From Geobacter sp. (GTDB taxonomy: Bacteria; Desulfobacterota; Desulfuromonadia; Geobacterales; DSM-12255): a DNA stretch of 64,000 nucleotides. The stretch is from contig VFJK01000031.1 in the NCBI GenBank assembly GCA_009886125.1, positions 1,466-65,465 of the forward strand, read 5' to 3'. Both the position numbers and the translations under genes were made by a program. The notes beneath the pieces were generated by a model. The model had not been told where the DNA came from and did not search any database. It was given only the letters and a program-made list of their open reading frames with translations. Positions 9,880-18,434 of the stretch are shown one piece after another (the first letter of the stretch is position 1; the number at the start of each line of letters is the position of its first letter).

Positions 9880-10028
9880 GCTGTCTCTCCCTTGATCAGG
9901 TAAAATAGAGTGATTCGGATCAGGACATCATTATACCTTCATGATGAAAAGATTAAAGTATTATTGCCATAATCCAAAAATATGTTATGACACAGATTAT
10001 AATATTCGGGATTTCAACAGGAGAAGCA

Positions 10029-10763
10029 ATGTCAAACAGCAGGCCGGAGCGTGAACTTTGGATCTTAGGGCTCGGTGACAGGATTGACAGGGGTGCTCTC
10101 GTCTGCAGCTATCTTGCGGAGGCCGGTTATTGGGCTCGTACTGCCAAAACAGAGGAACTCGCCGAAAACCGGCCGCTCGGCATCGTCCTTGATATCTCGC
10201 CTCACTCTATTGATGGCTGGGGGATTCTTTCAGCGATAAAGAGCTCTCCCGAAACCAGAGATATCCCGGTGCTCCCTGTTTTTTTGAGCGAAAAGGGAAA
10301 AGTAGGCGGGGCATTTCCGGTTGCCGGGTTTTTCCTCACCCCGATCAACAGGGAACATGTTATTGATAAGCTCGCTGTCATGGGGCTGTCTGATGATGCC
10401 GAGGATTATGATCTTCAGGCGATGGTGGTCACAAAAAAAGGTGATGAGCAGCTCGGTAAGGTTGTCACTGAACTCGGGTTTACTCTCCTGAATGCCTACT
10501 CTGCAAAAGAAGGTGTCGCTCTGGCGACAATCGCCCATCCGTATCTTCTTTTCACTTCATTCATGCTGCCTGACAGCTCCGCTTTCGAATTTCATGATCG
10601 CTTGCGACTGTACCCCCAGACACGCAATATCCCGGTTTTTGTCCTTCTGAAGGATTCGATGAAGGAAGGTGAGCGTATGGCTATGAGTAGAAGCGTCGAG
10701 TATCTGGTCAGGAAGAAAGAGCTCTCAAAAGAAGAGTTTCTCAACTGTTTCAGACGCAAATAA
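10029..10763 (+). CDS. Tandem receiver-like (pseudo-receiver) protein
   Basis: Start trimmed to the ATG at 10029, behind AGGAGAAG. The two CheY-like halves lack the N-terminal acidic pair, and the second half has no phospho-acceptor Asp (LFTSFMLPD). Confidence 0.55.
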   Translation: MSNSRPERELWILGLGDRIDRGALVCSYLAEAGYWARTAKTEELAENRPLGIVLDISPHSIDGWGILSAIKSSPETRDIPVLPVFLSEKGKVGGAFPVAGFFLTPINREHVIDKLAVMGLSDDAEDYDLQAMVVTKKGDEQLGKVVTELGFTLLNAYSAKEGVALATIAHPYLLFTSFMLPDSSAFEFHDRLRLYPQTRNIPVFVLLKDSMKEGERMAMSRSVEYLVRKKELSKEEFLNCFRRK

Positions 10764-10947
10764 AAAGTCCACGGTCATCTTCGCCGCTCAGAATCGCACC
10801 GAAGAGGCTGCTTGATAAATACGCACTTTTCTGGTTGTTGCCTGTTTTTACGGCAGATGTTTGTTTCACGTAGATTGTCCGGTCAGGAGCCTTTTCAGGT
10901 CTGATCCTGCAGCTTCCCATGAATAAGCCTTTCAGCAATCATATCCC

Positions 10948-11928
10948 ATGAATTCAGAACTGAAAATAGGATCATTAGAACTGGCAGAAAACTTGCTACT
11001 TGCACCTATGGCAGGGATCACTAACCTCCCGGTCCGGCTTCTTGCAAGAGAACAAGGCGCTGCTCTCTGTTTCACCGAGATGGTGAGTGTCAACGGTCTT
11101 ATCAGGGACGGGGAGAAGAGTTTTTCTCTTTTGAAAAGCAGTTCAAGTGACCGCCCGCTCGGTCTGCAGCTGTTTGGGGATGACCCGGCGATCCTGGCTG
11201 AAGGTGCACGGCTCTCAGCAGGATACGGCGACCTTATAGATATCAACATGGGGTGTCCGGTACGGAAGGTTGTCGGTAGCGGTGCAGGCAGCGCTCTTTT
11301 ACAGGACCCGGAAAAGGTCAGGTCGATAGTCCGGGCGGTACGCAGGGCGACTTCTTTGCCGCTTACCATAAAAATCCGCTCGGGTTGGAACAGTGATTCA
11401 CTGAACTATCTGCAGACCGGCCGTATTGCCGAGGAAGAAGGGGCGGATGCCGTGACACTGCATCCGAGAACCAGAAACCAGATGTTTGAAGGGCGTTCAG
11501 AGTGGGCACATATAGCAGCTCTGAAAAAAGTTTTGAGCATACCGGTACTGGGGAGCGGCGATCTGTTTACCCCTGAAGATGTCCGGTCCATGCTTGAACA
11601 GACCGGATGTGACGGAGTCATGATAGCACGCGGGGCACTGGGCAACCCCTGGATATTCCGCGAAGCACGTTCGCTCCTGAACGAGGAGACCCCTGAGTTT
11701 CCGACCGGTGCCGAAAGGCTGGCTGTTGCTTCACGACATCTTGAGCTTTTTGTCGAATATGCCGGTGAACGCGTTGCCGTACGGGAGATGCGGAAGCATC
11801 TCTGCTGGTATGTCAGAGGGATCCCGGGTGCGGCACAGTTCAGGGCTGCAGTGAACAGAATAGATGACAGGGCGAGGCTGGAAGAGACCATGAACGATTT
11901 TTTTCTGCGAGAACACCATGAATCCTGA
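10948..11928 (+). CDS. dusB: tRNA-dihydrouridine synthase (NifR3/DusB family)
   Basis: LAPMAGITNLPVR, DINMGCPV and IKIRSGW motifs. Confidence 0.9.
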   Translation: MNSELKIGSLELAENLLLAPMAGITNLPVRLLAREQGAALCFTEMVSVNGLIRDGEKSFSLLKSSSSDRPLGLQLFGDDPAILAEGARLSAGYGDLIDINMGCPVRKVVGSGAGSALLQDPEKVRSIVRAVRRATSLPLTIKIRSGWNSDSLNYLQTGRIAEEEGADAVTLHPRTRNQMFEGRSEWAHIAALKKVLSIPVLGSGDLFTPEDVRSMLEQTGCDGVMIARGALGNPWIFREARSLLNEETPEFPTGAERLAVASRHLELFVEYAGERVAVREMRKHLCWYVRGIPGAAQFRAAVNRIDDRARLEETMNDFFLREHHES

Positions 11929-13006
11929 GAACCTTCCCGAGTTCTATGCGAACGTTATCGACAGCGTCGGGGACGGTGTCATTGTCCTGAACTGTGCTGG
12001 TGAAGTAACGCTTATGAATCCTGTTGCCGAAGAGCTTGCCGGAGTGTCGCGGCGCATAAGCAGGGGACAGAAGTTCTCGGTGCTTTTCAAGGAGGAGACA
12101 GGGCTGCTCGAATTGGCGGAGATGAGTTCCAGTAGCGGGATGTCCATCTCGGACCATGAGAATATCGTCCTGAAAAAAAACGGACGCCTGACCCCGCTCA
12201 GCGTGACCGTATCACCCCTGCTGCTTGCTGACGGCGTGCCTGCCGGGACCATCATCCTGTTGCGGGACCTGACGAATATCAGGGATCTTGAGGAAGCGGT
12301 ACGCAAGGCGGACCGTTTGTCAGCACTCGGCACTCTGGCTGCCGGACTGGCACATGAGATCAAAAATCCGCTTGGCGGTATACGGGGCGCTGCGCAGCTT
12401 CTGGAGATGGAGCTTGCAGAAGACGATGAACTGAGAGATTGTACCCGGGTCGTGCTAAAAGAGGTCCAGCGGGTCAACAGGATCGTCGAGGAGCTGCTTG
12501 ATCTCTCTTCCCCAAGAAGACTGAATCTTGTCGGCGTTAATCTTCACAAGATACTGGCACATATCGTCTTTCTGCAGCAGCAGGCGACAGAAGGGAAATC
12601 GATAACGTTCCAGCGGCATCTCGACCCGAGTATCCCGCCGATACTGGCCGACGAATCCCGTCTTACCCAGCTTTTTCTCAATCTGATCAAAAATGCTGTC
12701 GAGGCGGTCGGCGATAACGGTGTCGTCGAGATCACCAGCAGGATTGTTTCCGAGTACAGCATGACACAGAAAGGTGAAGGGCGTTCACGCATGGTCGCGA
12801 TAGAGGTCATCGATGACGGCGCCGGGATGCCGCAGGATGAGATCGAGAATCTCTTCACCCCCTTTTATACGACAAAAGAGAGGGGCACCGGTCTTGGTCT
12901 GGCGATATGCCAGAAGATAGTCGCAGAGCACCGTGGGATGATACGGGTCGATTCGAAAGTGGGGCGCGGGACGGTTTTTACCATCATGCTTCCACTCGTG
13001 CAGTGA
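11918..13006 (+). CDS. NtrB-like PAS histidine kinase
   Basis: PAS N-terminus, H-box (AHEIKNPLGGIRG), and N/G boxes (LIKNAVEA, GTGLGLAICQKIV). Overlaps dusB by 11 nt. Confidence 0.85.
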   Translation: MNPENLPEFYANVIDSVGDGVIVLNCAGEVTLMNPVAEELAGVSRRISRGQKFSVLFKEETGLLELAEMSSSSGMSISDHENIVLKKNGRLTPLSVTVSPLLLADGVPAGTIILLRDLTNIRDLEEAVRKADRLSALGTLAAGLAHEIKNPLGGIRGAAQLLEMELAEDDELRDCTRVVLKEVQRVNRIVEELLDLSSPRRLNLVGVNLHKILAHIVFLQQQATEGKSITFQRHLDPSIPPILADESRLTQLFLNLIKNAVEAVGDNGVVEITSRIVSEYSMTQKGEGRSRMVAIEVIDDGAGMPQDEIENLFTPFYTTKERGTGLGLAICQKIVAEHRGMIRVDSKVGRGTVFTIMLPLVQ

Positions 13007-13084
13007 ACAACTGGCAGATATTTGCCAGGAAACAGTTTATGAAATGTATTGCCGATCCCTGATCCGGCAATAGTGAGGTCATTT

Positions 13085-14524
<1,440 letters not shown>

Positions 14525-14536
14525 GAGAGAGCTGCA

Positions 14537-14724
14537 CTTAGGGCCTGTCAGGAAATAAGTGTAACAAATATTGCGCTCAGATTTGGGTCAGATTTGGACG
14601 GGCTGATTGAGCCAAACCGCAGGCGTAGCATGGCTACGCTGAGGATTTGGCGATTGAAGACCGGTCGAAAATGGCCCGAAGATGAGATGCAAGATGTAAC
14701 AGTTATTTCCTGACAGGTCCTTAG
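14537..14724. repeat. 188-bp long imperfect palindrome (MITE-like) in the 3' UTR of the ntrC-like gene
   Basis: The terminal inverted repeats CTTAGGGCCTGTCAGGAAATAA and TTATTTCCTGACAGGTCCTTAG match at 20 of 22 positions. The interior is itself an imperfect palindrome centred on GCGTAGCATGGCTACGC. TTA(G) flanks both ends. Confidence 0.6.
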
Positions 14725-14741
14725 AAGATCACTTTCCCGCG

Positions 14742-14776
14742 GGGCAAGGCACAGAGCGTGCTTTGCCCTGTTTTTT
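14742..14776 (+). terminator. Rho-independent terminator of the dusB-ntrB-ntrC operon
   Basis: GGGCAAGGCAC-AGAGC-GTGCTTTGCCC followed by TGTTTTTT. Confidence 0.75.
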
Positions 14777-14896
14777 GTTCGGATTTACCCTTCAGTCGAT
14801 TGTGAAACAATAAGGATGGAGAAATTGTCGGAGATGGCTGGCGCATTGTCCCACTGAATGATAGACTGTGCAGGAAGCTGAAACCGGAGGCGAAAT

Positions 14897-15409
14897 ATGA
14901 AACGATCATCACTGTCGGGAGTTTTGCTGGCGGGAATTATGCTGCTGGCTGCTGCGGCTCTGCCGGTTCAGGCCGAGATCTATACCTATCAGGACGGCCA
15001 GGGGATGTTCATCTATGCCGATGACCTGGGGAAGATCCCGGTCAAATACCGGTCCAGGGCGACGCTCATTGATGACTCCACGGCTGTCAGCGTCATTGAT
15101 GCTGATACCCCGCCTGGCGGCAACGCCAAAGCCGGTGCGAAGCCTGCACGGAAGCAGGCGAAGGTGAAGGAGCGTTTCAGCGGTACCATCGAAATGTATG
15201 TGACCGAGTGGTGCCCGGTCTGCAAGGATGCAGAGAAATATCTCAAGCAGATGAACTATCCCTACAATAAATACGATGTGGAAAAAGACAAGAGCGCCAA
15301 GGAGCGCGCCGCCGAATATCCGGGTCGCGGCGTTCCGCTGATCATCGTCGGGAAACGCAATTTCCGCGGTTTCTCTCCCGAAGCGCTGGAGCAGTACATG
15401 CGGGACTGA
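14897..15409 (+). CDS. Exported DUF4124 + glutaredoxin-like fusion protein
   Basis: Signal peptide (LLAAAALPVQA/E), a DUF4124-like IYTYQDGQG, and a C-terminal thioredoxin fold with a CPVC active site. Confidence 0.7.
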   Translation: MKRSSLSGVLLAGIMLLAAAALPVQAEIYTYQDGQGMFIYADDLGKIPVKYRSRATLIDDSTAVSVIDADTPPGGNAKAGAKPARKQAKVKERFSGTIEMYVTEWCPVCKDAEKYLKQMNYPYNKYDVEKDKSAKERAAEYPGRGVPLIIVGKRNFRGFSPEALEQYMRD

Positions 15410-15465
15410 AACCGGTGTTATTCGCCTTTGGGCTGCCCGTCTTCAGGTTCCTTCTTTTTGTCCTT

Positions 15466-15482
15466 CCCCCGGGACCCGGGGG
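15466..15482. terminator. GC hairpin between convergent genes
   Basis: CCCCCGGGACCCGGGGG, an effective 6-bp GC stem. The T-run is weak. Confidence 0.35.
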
Positions 15483-15498
15483 AACATGAGTCGGCCAT

Positions 15499-15588
15499 TC
15501 AGGTCTGGACGCCCATCTTTGGAAGAATGTAGCGGTTCACCACATACCAGACAGCCACGACCCCGCCGATCATCAGTAGATCTTTCAT
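15499..15588 (-). CDS. Candidate 29-aa single-TM peptide (not in the ORF track)
   Basis: Hand translation of the minus strand gives MKDLLMIGGVVAVWYVVNRYILPKMGVQT. It is preceded by AGAGGAGAAACATTC-ATG (strong Shine-Dalgarno) and followed by a GC hairpin. Confidence 0.4.
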   Translation of the reverse strand: MKDLLMIGGVVAVWYVVNRYILPKMGVQT

Positions 15589-15777
15589 GAATGTTTCTCC
15601 TCTTCTTATAGGTAATACCACATATTCGGAAAATAATATATATCTGAATTGCGTTAATTGTTAATCGGGCGAAGGTCTTGGCGAGGGACAAGAGCTGATA
15701 ATAGGGAAATCTGTGGTAATTTCGTCCTGAAGTTTGTTAGTATACAATTAGAAACATGATATTTACTGAGGTGACAT

Positions 15778-16473
15778 ATGGTTCGCCTGGCTCAAAAGAT
15801 CTGCATTCAGCCATTTTCAATCGCTCGCGCCCTGCTGTTCTTCCTCTTATTCAGTTTTTCAATTTTGAAATTTGCCGACGCATCCCAGCTTACCATAAAT
15901 AATATCGACTGGGGAAGTGGGTCAATAAGCGGTGATATTGGCTGTTCACTTGGACCAAAACAGGGATGCCTTCCAGTCACTTTTACTGATGGAAGTTTAG
16001 TGACTCTGGCGGCGGCTTCTGACTGGAAATCGATTTTCACCGGGTGGGGATTACCATGCAGTAGTACCGGAACCTGTAGCATTACACCTTCAGCCGATAC
16101 GGTGCTAGAGGTCTCATTCGCGAAGAAGCTTCAGGCAAGGCTGGGATTCGGTGCACATAATGATCCGCAATATGACTCTCTCACTGAAGCCTATGCCGGT
16201 GCTGGAAACACTAGCGGCCAATACATAAATGCTCATCAGGGGCCGTTTCAAGAGAGTCTGATCCTGAACAAAAATATAGCCATCAACCTCCAGGGAGGCA
16301 GGGATGGAACCGATTATTTGACCACTAAAGACTCTTTCGGTACACTCCTTCTTACGACCCTTGTCGGGACTCTTGATGTTCAACTCGGATCAATTCGTGT
16401 TGACTCTATGATTATCAGGGATCTTCTGGTCGAGCAGGGTTCTATAGAGGTGAATTCCCTGATCATCCAGTAA
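15778..16473 (+). CDS. Secreted hypothetical protein with an InlB-B-repeat-like Cys-containing domain
   Basis: N-terminal hydrophobic signal. A segment GCSLGPKQGCLPVTFTDGSLVTLAAASDWKSIFTGWGLPCSSTGTCSI resembles a bacterial repeat domain. Confidence 0.55.
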   Translation: MVRLAQKICIQPFSIARALLFFLLFSFSILKFADASQLTINNIDWGSGSISGDIGCSLGPKQGCLPVTFTDGSLVTLAAASDWKSIFTGWGLPCSSTGTCSITPSADTVLEVSFAKKLQARLGFGAHNDPQYDSLTEAYAGAGNTSGQYINAHQGPFQESLILNKNIAINLQGGRDGTDYLTTKDSFGTLLLTTLVGTLDVQLGSIRVDSMIIRDLLVEQGSIEVNSLIIQ

Positions 16474-16488
16474 CTTTTCCGGAGCTTT

Positions 16489-17763
16489 ATGCCAATCACG
16501 GTTTTTGATGCAATACGGGGGGATATCAGCTCTTTCCTGGGCGGGGCGAAGGTGGAGCTGGTTCCTGAAAATTGCGTTTGCGAATGTTCCGGCCCCGGAA
16601 TAACCGAAGTTGTCTCCATTGAGGGCTCTCCGTACATCTTCTGTGCAAAACGCGACTCGATAAAATTTACCGCAGCTGAGGAGTATTTTTGCCGCGAGCT
16701 TATGACCGCTTTCGGCGGGCTGTATACCGGGTTCAGCATGGAGGGGTACGCGGCGCATTTCCGTACGGCTCTGCTTGCGTCGATCATGGATATAACCGTT
16801 GCCCGCTCACTTCGCGGAGATCACAGCAAGGGGTTCTGGCCGATCCAGCAGCTGATCCAGCTCCTGAAAAGCCTTTCCTACCAGCGTTACGAGGGGAAGC
16901 CTGCAACGACCGGTTTCATTGTCCACAGAGGTACAAAAGCAATGCTCTGCTCCATGTTCCTTGACCGCGACCATAAGCTGATTCCGCTTTCGCCGCCACA
17001 GGTCGTCTCGCCTGCATTTTTCGACAATCCCTTGACATACCGGTTAATAGATGGGACCAACCAGTTTTTCATCGCCAATATCCAGATGCAGGTTATCGGT
17101 GCCTTGAGGATCTGTGATCATGCCGGGATCAACAGCATAGAGAAGCTGACGCAGAGAGAGCTTTTCTCGATTGTGAGCAGGAGCGGGGAGGGTGCTTTTG
17201 CGATCACGGTCAATGAAGCATCGGAGATCGAGGTGCTGACGTCGCCGGCAAAACTCCTGGTCAGAAGGATGGGTGGGTGGAAAATATTCGATCCTGACAT
17301 ATTCCGTTCCTTTCTTGCCGGCTTTCTTGAGAGCACCGCTGCCGATGATCTCCTCTGGACCGTCTATGCGCTCTCCAAGAGCAGGCATGGTACGGTCGTT
17401 CTGATCTACGACCGGGGGAGGACCGGGCTTGCCGCGCTGAAAAAGGGCTCTGTGGGTGGCGAAGATCCGGTCTGCCTGACTCTGATCAAGATGACCAGAG
17501 GGCAGCGGCTGACTGAATTGAAGAGCAGCGGGACGCTTCTGCGGATACTGACTTCAGACGGTATGACGGTGTTCAACAAGGAGGGAAAGCTTCTGGAGAC
17601 CGGTTTTATCATCGACACCTCGCATGTGCAGGAGATCATAACCGGTGGCGGGAGGACGGCGGCTGCAAGCGCTGCTTCATTCTTCGGCAAGGTGATCAAG
17701 GTCTCCCAGGACGGTCATATCGAACTCTACGAAGAGGGGCGGATGATCTACCGCTTTGGCTAA
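16489..17763 (+). CDS. Hypothetical cytoplasmic protein with a C-terminal DAC (DisA_N)-like fold and non-canonical motifs
   Basis: Lies 15 nt after the previous gene. The C-terminus (HGTVVLIYD ... LTSDGMTVFNKEGKLLETGFII ... GGGRTAAASAAS...VIKVSQDGHIELYEEG) follows the layout of the GALIV / HDGA / GTRHRAA / VSEEtG DAC motifs. Confidence 0.6.
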   Translation: MPITVFDAIRGDISSFLGGAKVELVPENCVCECSGPGITEVVSIEGSPYIFCAKRDSIKFTAAEEYFCRELMTAFGGLYTGFSMEGYAAHFRTALLASIMDITVARSLRGDHSKGFWPIQQLIQLLKSLSYQRYEGKPATTGFIVHRGTKAMLCSMFLDRDHKLIPLSPPQVVSPAFFDNPLTYRLIDGTNQFFIANIQMQVIGALRICDHAGINSIEKLTQRELFSIVSRSGEGAFAITVNEASEIEVLTSPAKLLVRRMGGWKIFDPDIFRSFLAGFLESTAADDLLWTVYALSKSRHGTVVLIYDRGRTGLAALKKGSVGGEDPVCLTLIKMTRGQRLTELKSSGTLLRILTSDGMTVFNKEGKLLETGFIIDTSHVQEIITGGGRTAAASAASFFGKVIKVSQDGHIELYEEGRMIYRFG

Positions 17764-17782
17764 CCCGATGTAACATCCAAAG

Positions 17783-17858
17783 CCAACCCCCCTCAGTCCC
17801 CCCTTGTCAGGGGGGAAGCCTTGAAGTCTCCCCTGATAAGGGGAGATTTAGAGGGGTT
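17783..17858. repeat. 76-bp C/G-tract intergenic repeat, family A, copy 1
   Basis: CCAACCCCCCTCAGTCCCCCCTTGTCAGGGGGGAAGCC..TCTCCCCTGATAAGGGGAGA..GAGGGGTT is nearly identical to 50461-50536. It contains two internal hairpins plus an outer stem. Confidence 0.85.
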
Positions 17859-17900
17859 ATCTCTGCTGCCGCTTTTCTGCTCCACCATTCAAAATTCCTG

Positions 17901-17946
17901 TTGACTTTCTTCCTGGCGACAACGTATATTGAAAATCATTCTCAAT
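17901..17946 (+). promoter_or_regulatory. fur promoter (TTGACT-N18-TATATT) with an overlapping Fur box
   Basis: The -35 is at 17901-17906 and the -10 at 17925-17930. The site TGAAAATcATTCTCA (17930-17944) matches the 7-1-7 consensus TGATAATnATTATCA at 12 of 14 positions. Confidence 0.65.
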
Positions 17947-17957
17947 AAGGAACGGAT

Positions 17958-18389
17958 TTGAAACTCTCTAAAAAACAGATATTCCAGGATTTCGCCTCAT
18001 CAAAAGGGCTCAAATCTACAAAGCAGCGGGATACGATTCTTGACTGTTTTCTCTCCTGCGACCAGCATCTCAGCACGGAAGAGCTCTACCTGAAGATCAA
18101 GAAAAACTCGCCGGGAATAGGCTTTGCGACGGTTTACCGGACGCTGAAACTGTTTGCCGAGTCCGGCATCGCACGCGAGATCCAGTTCGGTGACGGCCAG
18201 ACACGTTACGAACATCTGCAGGCAGGGGAGCATCATGACCATCTTGTCTGCAAACGATGCGGGGCGATCGTGGAGTTCGAGAACGAAACGATCGAGAAAC
18301 TCCAGTCTGAAGTAGCACGGGATCACGGCTTCACGATCATAAATCACAAGCTCGAACTGTACGGCATCTGTAAGAACTGCAACAGCTGA
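17958..18389 (+). CDS. fur: Ferric uptake regulator
   Basis: TTG start behind AAGGAA. Motifs: STKQRDTIL, HLSTEELY, FATVYRTL, HHDHLVCKRCG, CKNC. Confidence 0.9.
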   Translation: MKLSKKQIFQDFASSKGLKSTKQRDTILDCFLSCDQHLSTEELYLKIKKNSPGIGFATVYRTLKLFAESGIAREIQFGDGQTRYEHLQAGEHHDHLVCKRCGAIVEFENETIEKLQSEVARDHGFTIINHKLELYGICKNCNS

Positions 18390-18407
18390 TTTTTTTTGCC
18401 GTAAAAC

Positions 18408-18422
18408 TGAAAATGATTATCA
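18408..18422 (+). promoter_or_regulatory. Fur box upstream of feoB
   Basis: TGAAAATgATTATCA matches the 7-1-7 consensus at 13 of 14 positions. It lies 13 nt upstream of the feoB start. Confidence 0.65.
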
Positions 18423-18434
18423 ATTACAGTATTG

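Noticed and set aside
14581-14600. Shared 8-mer TGGACGGG between the two long palindromic elements, considered as evidence for one family
   Set aside because: An 8-nt match between two ~180-bp sequences on both strands is expected roughly once by chance. It is not used as evidence of relatedness.
15443-15691. 82-aa minus-strand ORF in the grx-like / 15778 intergenic region
   Set aside because: It has no SD and an odd composition. A different frame contains a 29-aa peptide with a strong SD, which explains the region better.
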